From Eledone cirrhosa (taxonomy: Eukaryota), in NCBI GenBank assembly GCA_964016885.1, contig OZ024762.1:26350001-26414000 (forward strand): DNA of 64,000 bases, read 5' to 3'. Shown here in pieces: positions 1 through 13,254 of this stretch. Within the stretch, counting starts at the first letter, position 1. Every line of letters starts with the position of its first letter. The position numbers were made by a program, and so were the translations under genes. The notes beneath the pieces are model-generated. The model did not search any database and had not been told where the DNA came from. It was given only the letters and a program-made list of their open reading frames with translations.

Positions 1-188
1 TGAGGGTGACAAAGGCAGAAAAGGTTCCATCAACAGATTCAAGTGTTGGGGTGAACCCCCTATAGTGAGGTTTCTCTTAATATATGTTCCAGGTGTCGAC
101 AAACACATTCATACACGCGCCCACTTACACACGTACACACACTTACACGCACGCACTCACAGGCAGGCACAGACGCAACAAACCTACA

Positions 189-295
189 TAATTGTTTCTA
201 CTTTTGGCACAAGGCCAGCAATCAGCCAGTGCATTACTGGTACTTTATTTTATCGACCCCGTAAGGATGAAATGCAAAGTTAACCTCGGCGGGAT
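189..295 (-). mobile_element. SINE family A, 5'-truncated
   Basis: Reverse complement of the body and tail (GCCTTTCATCCTTACGGGGTCGATAAAATAAAGTACCAG...GGCCTTGTGCCAAAAGTAGAAAC) seen in full at 21040-21231. Confidence 0.85.
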
Positions 296-449
296 AACTT
301 ACATAATGGTACATACACACATACATACATGTAAATAAATACACACATACACACATACATATATATGTGTACATACATACGCATACATACACATACATAC
401 ATATGTATACAGACATATACACATATACATATATACACACATATACACA

Positions 450-487
<38 letters not shown>

Positions 488-1150
488 TTTTTGTTTAATA
501 TTATATATATATATATATACACATACAGATATATACACATACATACACATACACCCATACACACACATATATACATATAAGTATATATACATAGATATAC
601 ACATACATATACACACATATACACATATACATATATACACATACATATACATATACACGCACACACACGCTCTCATGCATACACACGCACACACACACAT
701 ATATACACACGTACACACACATATATATATACACATATATACATACACATATATATACACACGTACACACACATATATATATACACATATATACATACAC
801 ATATATATACATACATATACGCACACATACACACAGATACATATACATACATATATATACACACATACATATATATACATAGATATATACATATATATAG
901 TATATTTCTAATGACTTGAATTGTTTTACTTTGTTTTAACCTATATATATATATATAGAGAGAGAGAGAATAAAAGAGAAAACACAGGTAAGCATATATA
1001 TAAAGACACACACATATATATATATATATATATTAATAAGAGGAATTCCAACTTTGTCTGATTTACTCGTTTTATTTACAATCCTTTAAAGTATATATAA
1101 TGGTATTATAATGAAATAGTATGATAGAATATTAAATTCTAAGTGTTAAT

Positions 1151-1189
1151 TGAACAAGTACTTTCATGCTTTCGCAATCTTCAGGTTCA
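1151..1189 (-). ncRNA. Minimal type I hammerhead ribozyme (mirror copy)
   Basis: Exact reverse complement of 1267-1305. Confidence 0.8.
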
Positions 1190-1266
1190 TGATATGTGGT
1201 GACAGTCGAGTTTGCAATTTTCAACTGTCAGTTGAAAATTGCAAATTCGACTGTCACCACATATCA

Positions 1267-1305
1267 TGAACCTGAAGATTGCGAAAGCATGAAAGTACTT
1301 GTTCA
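1267..1305 (+). ncRNA. Minimal type I hammerhead ribozyme
   Basis: UGAAC CUGAAGA U-UGC GAAA GCA-U GAA AGUACU U/ GUUCA: stem I UGAAC:GUUCA, palindromic stem III AGUACU. Confidence 0.85.
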
Positions 1306-1491
1306 ATTAACACTTAGAATTTAATATTCTATCATACTATTTCATTATAATACCATTATATATACTTTAAAGGATTGTAAATAAAACGAGTAAATCAGAC
1401 AAAGTTGGAATTCCTCTTATTAATATAATCTTCTATACACAATCATACACACCCGTGTATATTTACCTATCTATATCTATCTATCTATCTA

Positions 1492-1545
<54 letters not shown>

Positions 1546-1549
<4 letters not shown>

Positions 1550-3062
1550 TAGAAGGAGTATTTAATTTGTTGGAAGTCCGACAAATATAAATGTTTATAA
1601 CTGATTTAGAGCACTAAACAGATTACTGGATTAAATATACAATGATATTAAATAAATGGAAACTATATTTATAAAATCATATTCATTTTATTATATATAT
1701 TTCAAGGGTACCAAAACACATTGGTACGCTTTCATCAGATAAAATACAAAGTTTGTTTTATAAACATAGACATACCCATAAAAATCATACTTTATCGGTT
1801 GGATATTCTCTGGATAGTGGAAATATATTAGGGATTTTTCAAACTTAGGGTGAATATGTAAATAATTGAAAAACAACCGTTTATTTAAACGACTATGGAG
1901 AGAGAGAGAAGAGGAGAAGGATAAAATAGTGCGAGAGGGAGAGAGAGGGAGAGAGAGGGAGAGAGAGTGAGAAGAGATAAGAGGAGAAGGATAAAATAGT
2001 GCGAGAGAGAGGAGAGAAAAAAGGGAAGATGATATAACGTTAATTTGAGGGAAATATATTCTAAGTATATATCTTAATAGTACGTGTATTTACGATTATT
2101 AGTTGTTTAAAATTTGTTTATAATATAATATTTTTCTTCTGTTATAAGTAGATAAATAAATAAGTAAATAAATAAATTAATTAATTAATAGATGGGTATA
2201 TCATGTTACTGATAATTGTTCTAATGAGTTATGAGGGATATTGGTTTTGTATTTTGTGTAAATAAATATTAAGTTAAATTAAATTAAATTAACTGAGTTA
2301 AGAAGAATTTTTATATTTATATGGTTGAAAATGGGAAGATACGGAAAAAACTCCGGTTTAATTTATTTATTCGTTACTGTGAGACTATTTAGTCAAAATA
2401 AGTATAGATGTTTAAGATACATTTAGCCAGAATCAATTAATGGTTATAAATCTATTGAAAAAATATTGAAAAAATATTGAGAAAGTATTAAAAAAAATAT
2501 AGAAAAAGTATTGAAAAAGTATTGATAAATTTGAGAAAATTAAAAAAATAATAATTTATAAGAGATAAGTAATTTTTTAAGAAATAAAAATTATTAAAAT
2601 TAATATTTTTAAAAAATTAGAATTATATACGTATATATTTTATGAATGTTTAAGAAGTGGAATTACAGCAAATGTTATAGATATTATGATTTAGAGATAT
2701 CAATATATTAAAATGAATGAGATCGTTATGTTAAAATGGATGAGATTGTTATGGAAATTGGTAGGAATATTATAAGTATAATTATAAGTTGTATATAGTT
2801 CTGAATGTTAAATTCTGGCGATGTCTACAAGAATTAAATAAATTCGTTCTTAGATTAATAGAGTTTTTACATTTAAGTATGTAAAACATTTCCTCAATAC
2901 ACAATTTGCAGAATCTAGATAAAGCTGTGTTTCAGTACGCAGGTGCTTCTGAAACTGTTTCCCAAGCTAATGAATAGTCCATATTCTTGCATTTTAAGTT
3001 CCATATCAGGTTTGAAAGAGAAGTTGAAGATGTTTGTTGATATTGTTACAGATTTAAATTTC
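1546..3062 (-). mobile_element. Penelope-like element 3' remnant (GIY-YIG C-terminus, AT-rich 3' region, HHR pLTR)
   Basis: Hand translation of ~3050-2790: STSLSNLIWNLKCKNMDYSLAWETVSEAPAY*NTALSRFCKLCIEEMFYILKCKNSINLRTNLFNSCRH, homologous to the peptide at 56330-55985; HHR downstream on the same strand. Confidence 0.8.
1685..1745 (-). ncRNA. Type I hammerhead ribozyme
   Basis: AUUUUAU CUGAUGA AAGCGUACCAA-UGUGUU-UUGGUACCCUU GAA AUAUAUAU A/ AUAAAAU. Confidence 0.85.
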
Positions 3063-3308
3063 CCAAACATTTCTAACACAAACAACACCAACAATAACAC
3101 CAACAACAACACCATCAATAACAACAACAACAACATAAATAACAGCGGTAAGGTCGAGAAAGACAATAACAATGACAATAACAACAGCCACAACAATAAT
3201 AGCAGGAACAGTATCAACAAAAACAACAATAATAACAACAGCCACAACAACAATAATAGCAGGAACAGTATCAACGAAAACAACAACAACAACAGCACCA
3301 ACGAAAAC

Positions 3309-4472
3309 ATGAACGATGACATCGATACCTGTAACAGCGATATCAGCACAACCAGTAAGACCAGTAGCGGCAGCAATAGTGGTGCCGCTGAAAAAGGGAC
3401 CACTTCTTTTGCAGGTGTCCCCCGAAATATCGAAACAGTGTTAGTCACAGAGGAGATGGCAGTCGCAAGGGCCATGGTGACAAGAAGCGCCACTAGAGTC
3501 TCCCTGAAACCTCCACCCTATTTTTTCAATGACCAGCAGCTACGGAGGGTGACTTACCGCACCGTAAGCAAAATGGCACATCGGGTGGAGAGAGCCACGG
3601 AGGCTCAAATCCAAAAGGCCTTGGTGTGCGTCTGGGCGTGCAAAACCCACATCACCCGAGGCAGTAAATACGCCACAGTAGACGTACTTTTCGCCACCCC
3701 CCAAGAAGCGAAGTCTCACTTTTTGGAAACCTTAAAGAGTGAGGAGATAGTCTTGGTGCCCTTCTACTGCGGGCAGAAAATTGTGAGGGTCAAAGTGACC
3801 CAGGTCCCACCTGACGTGCCATACCATGGCTGGCCGCGTCTGTGCTTGCTGGAATCAAGGAGAGGACGACCATGCTGCAAGTAGAGAAAATAGGGAGAGA
3901 GAACTGGTCAGATAGAGGCATGCAAATGCTTATACAAACTGACCAGGTGTGTATCGACGCTATCCCCGATATCATAGACCCCGAGGAAGGATTCCAACTC
4001 CCTATAAGTGTGGAAGAAAGACGGCCAAAATGTTATCTCTGTGGGTCAAAGGGTCACCTCATGGCTTTTTGCCCGCAGAAGACAGCGAAGAAGGCCCCTC
4101 TCCTTCCAATACCTGGTCCGCTGCTAGCAAGAGCAAGGCAGGCAACACACGCAGGAGAACTCATCCACGGTGAGTAGGAGGGCAACGTCCGTGGCACCCG
4201 TACCAAGGCCACGGACAACTAAAGCAGCAGCATCAGTGGCGGAAACACCAGTGGCTACATTTGCAGTAGCTGCACCAGCAACAAAATCGCCGGAGAGGGC
4301 TCCAATACCAGCACCAACATCCGTGGAGCACATACTCCTCCCAGATGCCACGGAATCCGACATGGAGTATGAGGCGGGAGTGAAGTGGCAAATGGTCTGC
4401 CACAAGAAAAAGAAAAAAAGAAAAAAACCCTTAGCTTCACCCTCCAAAAGCGAAGGACACAAAGAGGGGTAA
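3309..4472 (+). pseudogene. LINE ORF1 (gag-like), frameshifted
   Basis: CYLCGSKGHLMAFC zinc knuckle in 3842..4177, basic tail KKKKKRKK; split over three frames. Confidence 0.75.
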
Positions 4473-4837
4473 AGGCTGTAAGGAGACTTGCAGCAACACC
4501 ACCACCATCAACATCACCACCACAAGCACCACCGCCAACAACAATCACACCACTACCAGCATCACCAAAAACACCAACAACGCAAACACAACAAAACATA
4601 CACACCCAACAGCAACAAGAAGAAAACAGCAACAAAATCCCCCCTCCCCCAAAAAAGTGTAGAGTCATAAACATGGCAAATAAAGAACTCGTACAATATA
4701 TTAAGCAGCCCACAGACATTACAGAAAAAAAAACTACTACACCCCACCAATACCAAGAACTCTCCCGACAAACATAAACATCATTGATATCAAAATACAA
4801 CAGTACAAACTTTTAAAACAAAAATTCCCCAACGTAG

Positions 4838-7800
4838 TTGGAGATTTCAGTGGTGTTGGACGTGACCGGCAGCGAAGGCAATGCTATCAGGCTTGTAGCC
4901 GTCTACGCCCCAACTGGGGCAAGACGGCCAGATTTCTTCAGGCGTCTAGTGACCTTTCTTGGAACGTCTCGCGCTTTAGTGTTAGTGGGCGACTGGAACG
5001 GTATCTTGGATGCACGCAGGTATTGTGTGGTGCTATTAGATAGGGGAGGAGGGTGCAATAGCCTCACCAACCTGCTCAGATGTTTTGAACACTGTCTAAC
5101 AGGTATCGATTGGATCACCCGAATGTGCCAATGTGGACATGGACAAACCGCATCGGGTCATCCAGATAGTATCTCGATAGGGTATTCTGCAGAGAACTAG
5201 ATAAGGCTAGTATAAGTTGTCCACAATTTAAAATACTCGACTACACAGACCACAAATTTGCGATCTGTGAGATCGACATAAACAGACTTCAGAGACAAGG
5301 ACCCGATTACTGGAAGCTGAACGTGTCTTTCCCGGCGCGCAAAGCCTACAGAGACCGTATTAGCGTATTAGTTAAGCGGGCGTTGATTGGAGCGATCGTC
5401 AACAACAAGTGGGGATTCGCCCTGATAAGGGAAATTAAAGTAGAGTCGATTAGGTTTAGCAAAGGACTAGTGATAGAGGAAAATAGAGTAGAGGGAGTGT
5501 TAGTCAGAAAACTAGAAGAGGCGTTTAGGACAGGCATCGCAACCGACGTGCTTGCGGCGAGATTGGCACTCGACCAATTCTTCAACAGAAAACACGGAAA
5601 TTGCGTTGTCAGAGCTAGAGCCCGTGCTCTGAAACACGAGGGGACAAAAGCCGTCCAATGCGCCCGGGTGGCAGAGGCGCGACGTGGCAACAAAGCCACA
5701 ATTCAGTCTTTGTCTGACCAAAACGGGCGCGTGTTGCTCGAACCCGAGCAGATGTGTGAGGCTTTTCAGCAGAACTTTGCTGAACTGTTCGGGAGCAGCG
5801 GCGGCCCGGATCGGGGCATGGACTTCAGTGCATACCTCGACGGACTGCCTTGGCTCTCGACGACCGCAACACAGTGTTGCGAAAAGCCAATAACAGCCGG
5901 TGAGAAACGGGAAGCGATGGCTAACTGCACAAGAGGTAAATCGCCAGGTTTAGATGGTCTGCCCTACGAGCTTTATGCATTTATGCCAGACTTGTTCGGT
6001 GACCTCTTGGCAGACATCTACTGCAACTGGCACCAGAACGGTAGCATTCACAGTTTTGTGAGCCGGGGAGCGGTGGCGCTGCTGAGAAAAGACCCGAACA
6101 AGGGGGATGTTATCGATAACTTCAGGCCCATAACTCTGCTAAACGCCGTGTTCAAGATTTTGACCAAGGTGTTAGCAACGAGGTTGGTGCTTGTCGTCGG
6201 GGGTCTGGTGGAGTGGAGCAGACATGCGCCATTCCGGACAGATCCCTACACGATAACCTCCACCTCATGCGATACATCGTAGAGAGGGTGGTTAAGGAAC
6301 CTGGCAAAGGTGGGAGCCCTGATCAACTTGGATCAATCCAAAGCATTCGATAGGGTCGACCATGGGTACCTGGCGGCGGACCTCGAGGCAGCCGGTTTCG
6401 GGCCCGTTTTCAGGGGTAGAATCGCTCCAATGTACAGCGACATCTGCTCAGTTGTGAATGGTCACCTGTCGCAGCCGTTCAGCATCATGCACTCGGTCCG
6501 CCAGGGTTTTCCCTTCTCGTCCCTCTTGTACGTATTGACTCTCGAGCCGTTACTGCACAAACTGGGGGCGATGAGGGGCATCCCACTCGACGTAGGATGC
6601 GGGAAATCCGAGTCGGCTTACGCCGACAATTTCAACGAGGTGGTGTCTAGCACCAGACACGGTCAGATGCTCGGCCCCGCTCTCAAGGAATACGAAGCGG
6701 TGATAGTAGCAAAGATAAACCAGGAAAAGTCGGTGGGCTTGCAGCTCGACACCTGGAGAGGCAAGTCCATGCCGTCCGACAGCGTCATGGGGCGTTGGAC
6801 GGACTGACCGGTTAAATTGCTCGGGTTCTGGTTCGGACCCGACCTTCAGATGGAGAAACACTGGAGCCAGGTGACGAGCAGAGTGGCATCCCTCACCCAG
6901 AAATGAGCCGAGAGGAAGCTGTCCCTGAAAGGCCGGGCGGAGGCGGTGAATGCGTACATCTCATCCGTCATCTGCTACCGCCTCACCGTCGTCCCTTGCC
7001 ACGGCCCAACTCTCACCAAAATTGAGCACCTCCTCTTGCGCTTTTTGTGGAAGGGACGCGCTCCCATGGTCAGACGATCCATCTGCTGTCAACACACGTT
7101 GCGTGGAGGACTGGGCATGTCATGGCTGATGATGCGCAAATATTCGCTGAGGCTGCGACATCCTTGGTGCTTCCTCGACGGTGAACAGGTGTGGTCGCCG
7201 TTCGCCACGTACGTTTTCCCACAGCTCGTCTCGTTGACGGAGCTACAGTCCTGGGTCAGGGAAAGACCGAGATAGCGCTTGGAAACTGGAATGTCTCCAG
7301 GCGCTCACCACCCTCTGCCAACTAGGTACCAGTATCGGTGGAACATCCACCACGGCGTTCTATAGAGGACAAGTGGAGGGGAAGAGCGACAACGTTCTCG
7401 GAGAGATCCTGGGCGTCGAAGAAGAACAACTGCTTGCTCTCTTCCAGAGAACTCTCAGCTCAGGGCCTATGGATAACTTCCAAAATCCCTGGCCTGGCTG
7501 TGCTACCGGGAAGCGTTGCCGGTTCGAGATAAGCTCTACAGGCACGGAAGTGCCGTCATCCGAGCCTGTCCGAGATGCGCGCAGAGCGACGAAACCGTCG
7601 TGCACGCACTCGTTCAGTGCCGGAGAATCACTGACATGTGGAGCTATGTGGAACAGTTGCTATCGCGTGTAGGACTGATCCGGTTATCGACTGAGTCCAT
7701 TGTGCAGATGGTCTCGCCGTCTTCCTTCGAGGAGGAAGGGCAGGCGGTTTTCATCTGATTGGTGGCCATGGCGAAAGAGATTTTGTGGTGGACAAGGTTA

Positions 7801-7985
7801 AAAGGGTTAAAGACAGACACTTTTCTCTTCGGCGAATCCCTAATTAACTTTTTCAAGTTTCACTTGAAGAGGAAAATCAGGGTGGAGAGGCAAGTGCTGT
7901 AAGTCTAGCAAGTTTGTTGAAAGGTGGGTGAATGTAACGAGAATGGTCCGAGTGAACGGGACCGCTCTGAATATACGACTGTAGT
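4838..7985 (+). pseudogene. LINE ORF2 endonuclease/reverse transcriptase, frameshifted
   Basis: LVAVYAP, LVGDWN, KSPGLDGLP, NFRPITLLN, LDQSKAFDRVDH, SVRQG, AYADN, CPRC..ETVVHALVQC; multiple stops; APE N-terminus missing. Confidence 0.92.
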
Positions 7986-8293
7986 TTGAGAAATGGAAAA
8001 ATTGAGAGAGGGCGCTTTCCCCGGTGGTCAGGGTGGCCATGATCTTTTGTGTGGTTTTCGCCACGAGTAACCCTCGGAGGTTTCCCCCCTATTGGGGAAT
8101 TTTTCTTTGTTTCAATTTTCATTTTTATTGTTTATATACATATATATGTTTCTATGATCTTTTTTTTTCTTTTCTTTTCTTATATAATAAAAATCTTTAC
8201 ACGCACAAAACCCACAACGTACCGTCCTGTACCGTCCTGTACCGTCTGTAATGTTTTTCTTGATGGCAGCCCTTGTGGCCAATAAAGAAAACA

Positions 8294-8325
<32 letters not shown>

Positions 8326-8377
8326 GTTATTATTACTACTTAAAAATAAATAAATAAATACAATAACAATAATAATA

Positions 8378-8564
8378 ATATTTTCTACTTTTGGCACAAG
8401 GCCAGCAAATACCCAGTGTATTACGGGTACCTTATTTATAGACCCCGTAAGGATGAAAGGCAAGTTTAACCTCGGCGGGATTTGAACTCACATCATAAAG
8501 GGCCGTAACTCTTTGCTGCAAAGCATGGCGCCCGACCCTCTACCAATACTGCCAATCCACCACC
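8378..8564 (-). mobile_element. SINE family A, full length
   Basis: Reverse complement of 21040-21231, including B box GAGTTCAAATCC. Confidence 0.88.
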
Positions 8565-8713
8565 CTATAACAATAATAATAATAAAGACAGTGTGTGCCT
8601 GTATATATATATACATATATATATATATACATACACACTTACATATCCATATATATATATACACATATAAATATATAAATATATATAAATATATATTTAT
8701 ATATATATATATT

Positions 8714-8748
<35 letters not shown>

Positions 8749-8896
8749 GCATATATATATATAAGAATATTTTTCAAAACAGCGAGCGTGTTTGAAATTA
8801 ATATAAACGTAAGCTATCGCCGTATTTTGACTAAAGAAATAATTTAGCCTGATAGTGGGGTTAAGAACCCTCGGGGAAATAGAAAAAGATGAGTAT

Positions 8897-8968
8897 TGAC
8901 GTACATGGGAGTCGAACCCACATCTTTGGTTATCCAGACCACTGTGCTACCATTTACACCAACGCATC
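8897..8968 (-). other. tRNA-like sequence (pseudo-tRNA or SINE head)
   Basis: GATGCGT TG GTGT AAATGGTA GCAC A GTGGT CTGGATA ACCAA AGAT GTGGG TTCGACT CCCAT GTACGTC A: good D and T arms, A and B boxes, weak acceptor stem, T5 run about 10 nt downstream. Confidence 0.7.
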
Positions 8969-9502
8969 ACGGGTGATGCGTTGGTGTAAAATCGTAGATA
9001 TTCTATACTTCCCACCTAGATTTATGTTGTGATTATTTCAAATAATTTATTGCTAGCATTGTTAGTATTGTTGTTATTGTTCTGATTGAATGCCATTACT
9101 ACTATATATAGTAGCCATGCCTGTATATACTTTTCATTCTCACAAGCTCCGATGAATTGACTGGTTATAACTTTGTATTGGTGATCGAATAACGTTAAAA
9201 TAAGCGGGTAGTGATCTCTAGACCTACCAGTTCAGAGAAACAATTGTCAGCTATGAGATTAAAAACCTTTTTTGTATAGCAAACCGTGTCACTCTTCTTT
9301 CCTGATTTATCATTACTCCAAGTGTTTACAACATAGGAATTACAGCGTACTCGCAGCATCACTATGGAAACGCCTTGTTGAGTCAAACTTAGCCAAGCGT
9401 TGATATCATCCATTACCCGGAGTACCATAACTGGGCTACACCTAAGTGGACTACCTACAACAATAATTTGTTACCCCGTATATATATATATATATATATA
9501 TA

Positions 9503-9797
9503 CAATATATTAATAAATGGAAACTATATTTATAAAACCATAATTATTATATTATATATATTTCAAGGACAACCAAGGCCATCTTGGTGCGCTTTCATCA
9601 GATAAAATACAAGATTTGTTTTATAAATATTGACATAACAGTGGAAAAAACAACCTTGACGGTTATGTCAATATTTATTAGAAAAATCTTGTATTTTATC
9701 TGATGAAAACGCAACAAGATGCCTTGGTAGTCCTTGAAATATATATAATAAAATAATTATCGTTTTATAAATATAGTTTCCATTTATTAATATATTG
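9503..9797. repeat. Imperfect inverted repeat of the pLTR family at 1546-1800, HHR in each arm
   Basis: Arms ~9503-9642 and ~9659-9797; HHR at 9546-9608 (-) and 9693-9754 (+). Confidence 0.88.
9693..9754 (+). ncRNA. Type I hammerhead ribozyme
   Basis: AUUUUAU CUGAUGA [imperfect stem II] GAA AUAUAUAU A/ AUAAAAU. Confidence 0.75.
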
Positions 9798-9895
9798 AAT
9801 ATTTACTCCAGTTTCTATTGAGTGCTTTATGTAAGTTATAAACTTTTAAGCTTGTTGGAATCTCAACAAATTAAATATAACTCCTGCATATATAC

Positions 9896-9967
<72 letters not shown>

Positions 9968-10284
9968 GTCGAAGTAAACATCAATATATGTTTTATTAAC
10001 TTCCGTCAAAATGATATCTACAGTCTTTTGTTGAAGTCGTTGTTATTGTTATTATTAACATAATATTATTACTATTATTGTTATTATTACTATTATTATT
10101 GTTGTTGTTATTGTTAATATTATGGCTTTTGTTGTTATTGTTGTTATTGTGGTGCTTCTAGACAGGAAATTATTAGCTTCCGGTTTCATTGTGAGAGTTT
10201 CGATTAAATATAGAGTACACTCATGCAATAAAACGCAAAAATAGTTATTATATATACATATATATATATACATATATATATATA

Positions 10285-10379
<95 letters not shown>

Positions 10380-10380
10380 G

Positions 10381-10415
<35 letters not shown>

Positions 10416-10522
10416 TGTTTGTGTGTGTGTATGTTTGTGTGTGTATGTTTGTGTATGTATATATATATATATTCGTTAATATATATCTTTATACATATAA
10501 GTATCTAAATATCTAAATATAT

Positions 10523-10614
<92 letters not shown>

Positions 10615-10633
10615 GTGTATATATGTATGTATG

Positions 10634-10676
<43 letters not shown>

Positions 10677-11145
10677 TATATATGTACATATACGTAACAT
10701 TATATATATGTGTGTGTGTTTGTGCGTGCGTGCTTATGTGTACTTTCATGTGTGTGTGTGTGTATTATTATGTGTGTGTTTGTCTCTATGAGTGTGCGGG
10801 TGTGTATAACAGTAAAAAATATGTTGTATGGTGAGAAGAAATAAAAGAGAAAGCCGAAGTATTATGTACGGAATACTTTGTACAAGCAAGGCTAGGCTGA
10901 CGAGATTCAATCTTTTTGATAATATATAAATATGTACGGTGCTAGTAAAATATATATATATATATCTTCAAAACAGGAGAGGTTTATTATTGAAGGGCTG
11001 TAACCAAGTAACTCATACTCATAAACTACATAATAGGCCATCGAACTTCTCCTGATTGCTTTGCTGTATCCCGGAGCTATATAGCTTTCTCATTTCTCTC
11101 TTTCATTCTCCCCCTCTTTCTATAGATCTCTGTAGCCCCCTATGC

Positions 11146-11198
<53 letters not shown>

Positions 11199-11309
11199 GA
11201 GAGAGAGAGAGAAAGAGAGAGAGAGGATGAGAGAGACACAGAGTGGGCTACAGTGATATATAGACAGAGGGTGAGAATGAAAGGGAGAAATGAGAAAGCT
11301 ATATAGCTC

Positions 11310-11432
<123 letters not shown>

Positions 11433-11452
11433 CGTATATATGTTTCCGTTTA

Positions 11453-11486
<34 letters not shown>

Positions 11487-11883
11487 TATATGTGTGTGTG
11501 TGTATATGTATATCTATATCTATACATATATATATGTATATATATATACACAAACACACACACATTCACACACACATACATATATATATATGTTTATATA
11601 TGTGTGTGTGTGTGTGTGTGTATATGTATATCTATATCTATACATATATATATGTATATATATATACACAAACACACACACATTCACACACACACACACA
11701 CATACATATATATATATGTTTATATATGTGTGTGTGTGTGTGTGTGTGTGGATAGCGAGATAGGTAGGTAGATAGTTGGGATAGAGTTGTTTTTATGTGT
11801 GGGTGTAGATACAGGTATAGATATTCATGTGTTGTTTTCTGATATATATATATATATGTACATATATATATATATACGTATAC

Positions 11884-11929
<46 letters not shown>

Positions 11930-11945
11930 ACGTATATATATTTAT

Positions 11946-11977
<32 letters not shown>

Positions 11978-11999
11978 GTATATATATATATATATATAC

Positions 12000-12037
<38 letters not shown>

Positions 12038-12134
12038 GTATATATATATATACACATATATATATACATATATATATACATATATATATACGTATATATA
12101 TATATAAATATATATGTGTGTGTGTATATACTTA

Positions 12135-12180
<46 letters not shown>

Positions 12181-12254
12181 AGTGGGTGTACGTTGAGATG
12201 CGTGGTGTGTATAACATGTATAAGATGTGTGTATATATATATATATATATATAA

Positions 12255-12341
<87 letters not shown>

Positions 12342-12362
12342 AATATGCGTATATACACACAC

Positions 12363-12394
<32 letters not shown>

Positions 12395-12449
12395 TTATAT
12401 ATGTATATATACGTATATACGTATATGCATATATATATATATTTATATA

Positions 12450-12525
<76 letters not shown>

Positions 12526-12897
12526 CGTATATATGTATCCTACTCAGTGTGCAAAAATATCCTATAGTGTTATAAATAATGTAGAAATTATCGGATTTTT
12601 TTTTGTCATGTTTGATGATATATTTGGCAGATTTCTATCATGGATTATGTTCCACATTTTTAATGCTATAAATGAACAACATAGACGATGAGAAGGAGGG
12701 AAGAAAGACAGAGAAAAGTAAAGAAAAGCACCCGAGACAAACGAAGTGGAAGTAGAGGGAGAGAGGGGAGAGATATGGGCAGAGAGGGGGAGAGATGGGG
12801 GTTGGGTGAGAAAGAGATGTAAATGAGCTGATAGTTTTGGAGGTATATGGATATTTAGATGGATACATTTATATACCTACATACACACACACACACT

Positions 12898-12970
<73 letters not shown>

Positions 12971-13254
12971 AGATAGATAGAAATATACATAGGTAGATAG
13001 ATATGTAGGGAGAGAGATAGATGGGTATAAAGATGGATATATATATATATATATATGTGTATATATATGTATATATATATATATATATTATATATATTTA
13101 TATATATATATATATGTGTATATATATATATATATATATAAATGTATATATGTGTATATATATATGTATATATATATATATATAATATGTATATATATAT
13201 GTATGTATGTGTGTGTGTGTGTGTGTGTGTGTTTCATATATATAGGTTGTGAGA

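Larger units (their letters stand above)
1029..1427. repeat. Near-perfect ~400-bp palindrome (PLE pLTR fold-back)
   Basis: Arms 1029-1227 and 1229-1427 around centre CAACTG-T-CAGTTG; one mismatch seen. Confidence 0.95.
3300..8295 (+). mobile_element. Tx1/L1-clade non-LTR retrotransposon, near full length, decayed
   Basis: ORF1 with CCHC knuckle, ORF2 with APE, RT and C-terminal Zn motif, 3' end CCCTTGTGGCCAATAAAG followed by (ATT)n; 5' boundary approximate. Confidence 0.9.

Noticed and set aside
234-1011. YI/CV/HT-rich ORFs here and throughout the window
   Set aside because: Translations of (TA)n, (CA)n and (TATG)n microsatellites.
2943-3300. N-rich N-terminus of the 313-aa ORF
   Set aside because: Antisense of a PLE remnant plus an (AAC)n tract read through into LINE ORF1.
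8849-8880. CUGAUAG-UGGGG..CCCUC-GGGGAAA as an HHR
   Set aside because: Non-canonical core, and the homologue near 53206 does not keep it.
8897-8968. Functional tRNA-Ser(GGA)
   Set aside because: Poor acceptor stem, no long variable arm, and GGA is not a usual eukaryotic Ser anticodon.
9149-9200. HHR-like CCGAUGA...GAAU
   Set aside because: Two core mismatches and no convincing stem I; at best a decayed copy and not counted.
10897-10935. CUGACGA plus hairpin; similar partial motifs near 17166, 18950-19000 (-) and 53055
   Set aside because: No correctly placed GAAA or stem I.
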